From contig NC_090411.1 in the NCBI RefSeq assembly GCF_036365525.1, positions 36,589,065 through 36,653,064 on the forward strand: DNA of 64,000 bases, read 5' to 3'. Origin of the DNA: Heterodontus francisci. Taxonomy: Eukaryota. Under the pieces are notes generated by a model that saw only the letters and a program-made list of their open reading frames with translations, had not been told where the DNA came from and did no database searches. Below are positions 60,312 through 64,000 of the stretch, one piece after another (within the stretch, counting starts at the first letter, position 1; the number at the start of each line of letters is the position of its first letter). The position numbers and the translations under genes are program-made.

Positions 60312-60984
60312 GTGAGGCTGTCTCAGGCAGAGTGTCCTGAAGGGGCTGTGATGTGAAGGATGGGGAGGGGGGAGCAAGGGGATAAAGAACCTCGAATGAT
60401 GAGTCCAGGCCTCTTTTCTGACCAGTTATCTGCAGCCTGAAGAATTGTCCCTGGTATCAGTGGACAGTGGGGTACTGGTAAATAGCCTCAGGGTGTGTTA
60501 TGCTGCATGTTTGACCCTGTTGACTGCTTGTGCAGCCTCTGGTAGCCAGGTAGAACCCCAGCCATCTTTAGCTGTATGTGAGTTTTAATGTGGTTGAGGG
60601 GCTACCCATTCTTGCTTCTAGAGGACGTCCAAAGGGAGCCCCAGACAGTTGATGCCTGGTATTCTGCTGCCCCACCCCAGTTATTGGAGTAGATGCTTCT
60701 GCACAGTTTATTGTGGAATTGTCTGGAATTACCTGGTGGTGATTGGACCATAATCAAGCTGATTCTACAGAAAGACCCTGAATGGGGGCAGGTATGTGAG
60801 TGGCAGACTGACTCATGAATTTTGCCACTGTGTTTCAGCAGGCTGGGTGCTAGAATCAGACAGTGAGCTCTTTAACACACATTGCCCTGAGCAGCCTTTC
60901 TGCTGTGTAAATTGCTGGATTGTTTGTTCCTGCTCTGACCTGGCATTTTGTAGCGAACTGACTCTTTAAAGATGGGACGCCAGG

Positions 60985-61069
60985 GCTGCAAATGATGTTC
61001 ATTTCACGATGGTCTTCCAAGTCTCTCGATGGCACTGACGACACTGCCTAATGGCTTTACTGATGCAGC
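60985..61069 (+). ncRNA. SNORD35: Box C/D snoRNA SNORD35 (U35) type
   Basis: Terminal stem GCTGCA/TGCAGC; C box ATGATGT 60992-60998; guide TTCACGATGGTCT as in U35 (complementary to 28S AGACCGUCGUGAG); D box CTGA 61060-61063; about 80-90 nt upstream of the 3' splice site. Confidence 0.9.
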
Positions 61070-61151
61070 TCTCGCAGAGTCCAGGCTCAAGCCCATTTCT
61101 CCCTTAATTCCCATCCCCAAGTCACATCATGTCACCCTTTCTGTCTCCTAG

Positions 61152-61244
<93 letters not shown>

Positions 61245-61479
61245 TAATACTTTTTGTTTACTGACCTATAGAGGTAAAAGGGCATTTATGAACTGGGCAC
61301 CATACCAGCCCGAGGTACAGCACTGCATTGGGTGTCACTTGCACTGTGGGCATGGGTGGGTTTTCTCCTGACCTCTTTCCCTCCCCCACCCCCCCCCCGC
61401 CAATACAATCATTGCCCTGGACAGGTGATGGCCATCGGCAGTGAGGTATAGCAGCCTCTGAGCAGGTTGCTGAGGGACA

Positions 61480-63390
61480 ATAGAGATCGAGAGATATTAG
61501 TGGTTCTATCAGAAGAACTGTAGAGTGGTGATATTGGGGCACTTAATTACCCAAATATTGATTGGGATCATTTTAGAGTAAAGGTTAACGGGGGGGGGGG
61601 GGGGTTGGAATTTCTAAAATGTGTTCGAGAACTTCCTTGATCAGTATGTTCTCAACCCAAACTAGAAAAGAGGCATTGTTGGATCTGGTGCTGGGAAATG
61701 AGGTGGACCAAGTATCTGTGGGGGAGCACTTGGGTAAGAGTGATCATTGTATCATAAGGTTTAGACTCATGATGCAGAAAAGCAAGGAACAAAATAAGGT
61801 AGAATGTCTAAGTTGGAAGATAGCTAATTTCAACGCACTGAGAAAGGATCTAGCCAGGGTAGAATGAAAGCAAAGACTGACAGGAAGAGCTGTATCAGAA
61901 TGGGTTATCTTTAAGGAAAAGATGCCTTAGGTACAGGCCAGGAACATTCCAACAAGGCTGAAAGGTAGGGAAGAACAGGGCTGCTTGGTTGACGAGGGAG
62001 ATAGAGATGATGATTAAACAAAAAGGGTTCATGATGTATGTCAGATGAACGCATCATGTGAGAACCCGGCCAAATACAATATGTTGAGAGGGGAGGTGAA
62101 GAGGAAAATAAGACTGGCAAAGAGAGAATATGAAAATTGAATGGCAGTCAACATAAAAGAGAACCCAGTGATGATCTACTGGCATGTATATAGTAAGCGA
62201 GTGGTAAGAGCTGGAGTGGGGCTGATTTGGGACAGAGAGGGTAATATATGCTTAGAGGTGCAGGGCAAGTCTAAGGAAATGGAGGCTGACAAAATATCAG
62301 TAGACACAGAGGCAATGGATAGGATAAAAATTGAGGAGAGAGGTACTAAAAAGGTTGGCTATTCTTAGGGTAGATAAGTCACCTGGTCCAGATGGCTTGC
62401 TAAAGGAAGTGGGGATGGATGTTGGGAGACAGTGGTGTTCTCCAAGGGTCAGTGCTGGGACCACTGCTTTTTTTTGCTATATATAAATGACTTGGATCTT
62501 GGAATACAGAGTGGAATCTCAAAATTTGCTGATGACACCGAACTTGGGGGAGTGGCAAACAGTGAGGATGATGTGAACCACTTGCAAAAGGGCATTGATA
62601 GGCTAGCAGAATGGGCAGAGAGGTGGCAGATGGAATTTAATACTGACAAATGTGTGGTGATACATTTTGGCAGAAGGAATAGGGAGAGGCAATATGTACT
62701 TAATGGCAAAGTTCTAAAGAGTGTGAAGGGACAGAAGGACCTAAGGGTGCAGGTGCATAGATCTTTGAAGGTGGCAGGACATAGTGAGAGCGCGGTTAGT
62801 AAAGCATATGGGATCTTGGGCTTCATAAATAGAGGCATTGAGTACAAAAGTTATGCTGAACCTTTATAAAGCTCTGGTTAGGCCCCAACTGGAGTATTGT
62901 GTCCAGTTCTGGTCACCAAAGGATGTGAGGGTTCTTGAGAGGGTGCAGAGGAGATTTACCAGAATGGTTCCAGGGATGGAGAATTTTAGTTATAAGGTTA
63001 GATTGGAAAAGCTGGGTTCATTCTGCTTAGAACAAAGAGGATTGAGAGGAGATTTGACAGAGGTGTACGAGATTATGACAGGCTTTGATAAGTTAGAGAA
63101 GGAAAACTGTTCCCATTAACAAATGATACAAGGACGAGGGGACAGACATTGAAAGGGCAAAGGTTGCAGGGGAATATGAGGAAGCACTTTTTTTACACAG
63201 TGGGTGTTAATGACCTGGAACTCGCTGCCCACGAGGGTAGTGGAAGTGGAGATGATCAATTACTTCAAGAGGAAGTTGGATGGCCACCTGCAGAGCTACA
63301 GGGATCAAGCCTGGGAGTGGGACTGATAGCATAGCCCCATGGAAAACCGGCATGGACTCGATGGGCCGAATGGCTTCCTTCTGTGCCATA
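61480..63390 (+). mobile_element. CR1 LINE, internally deleted, in RPS11 intron 3
   Basis: [40 protein letters not shown]; tail GGGCCGAATGGCTTCCTTCTGTGCCAT. Confidence 0.88.
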
Positions 63391-63769
63391 AATAACTTCT
63401 GAGTACTGATTGTTTCCTGCTGATTCCGTGTTGGCTGCTTTCAGTACAGATTCCCAGTTGACCCCTGGCTTCAGTTTTAGGTGAAAATGCAGTCATCATT
63501 CCTGCTTGTGATTGCTCATTTTGTGGATTGAGAACAGGATTGGGCCTCACATATTTCACTATCTAGCAGAACAAGTATCTACAGACCCCAATCCTCCATC
63601 TTCATTGAGCTATGAACTGCTGCTTGTGGTCGATAATGGTTGTGGATATAATGGGCAGCTGGAGGTCTGCAGCCCGATCTCAGCCAGTGGAGGGTCAGCT
63701 CTTTCCCTTGAGCGAAAGGCAGTCTCTGAGGCTTGGGCCTACATCCGCATAGGGCAGCGAGCACTTCCA

Positions 63770-64000
63770 GTTAAAGCCTGGCTCGGGTATAAAATTAAAA
63801 CCCGACCCAGGCCTGAGTCCTTTAATTTTTTTCTCATGTGTGAGCCGACTTGAAAATATCAAACATATTATTGAAACATAAAAATCGTAGATTAAAAAGA
63901 AAACACTACAAAACAATACAGTCCAGCCCGACTCGAACCCGAATGCTGGACAGGGGATATAGACCCAACCTGAACCTGTCTCACGTAGTTGGGTTTGGTC
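63770..64000. repeat. Possible non-autonomous DNA transposon with ACCCGA-type subterminal motifs
   Basis: Dispersed CCCGA/TCGGG motifs; no ends identified. Confidence 0.3.

Noticed and set aside
60396-60440. Second C/D-like motif (ATGATGA...CTGA...CTGA) in RPS11 intron 2
   Set aside because: Only about 45 nt, no terminal stem and no recognisable rRNA guide; an Infernal/snoscan hit would change this.

Overview
Vertebrate genomic DNA, very likely from a shark (inferred from HE1-type V-SINEs, HER1/CR1 LINEs and a Deu-domain SINE). Three host genes can be rebuilt exon by exon. (1) A THAP7-like gene on the minus strand: 4 coding exons, 17477->9622, 340 aa. (2) ZBTB45 on the plus strand: BTB plus 4 C2H2 fingers, 25785-29698, 609 aa, sharing a CpG-island bidirectional promoter with the THAP gene. 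(3) The first three coding exons of RPS11 on the plus strand, with a TCT/TOP promoter and an intronic SNORD35-type C/D snoRNA. Most of the rest is repeats: many CR1 fragments (one with a nearly intact ORF2), a near full-length Tx1-clade LINE, an RTE, six HE1 SINEs, a Harbinger remnant, a candidate solo LTR and seven large tandem arrays. The most unusual pattern is that several minisatellite arrays are visibly amplified pieces of SINE bodies; one SINE copy has been stretched to about 11 kb by two internal expansions plus nested LINEs. Giant arrays also sit directly beside the first coding donor sites of the housekeeping genes. Repeat-family names come from recall of consensus motifs, not database searches, and TE boundaries are approximate.
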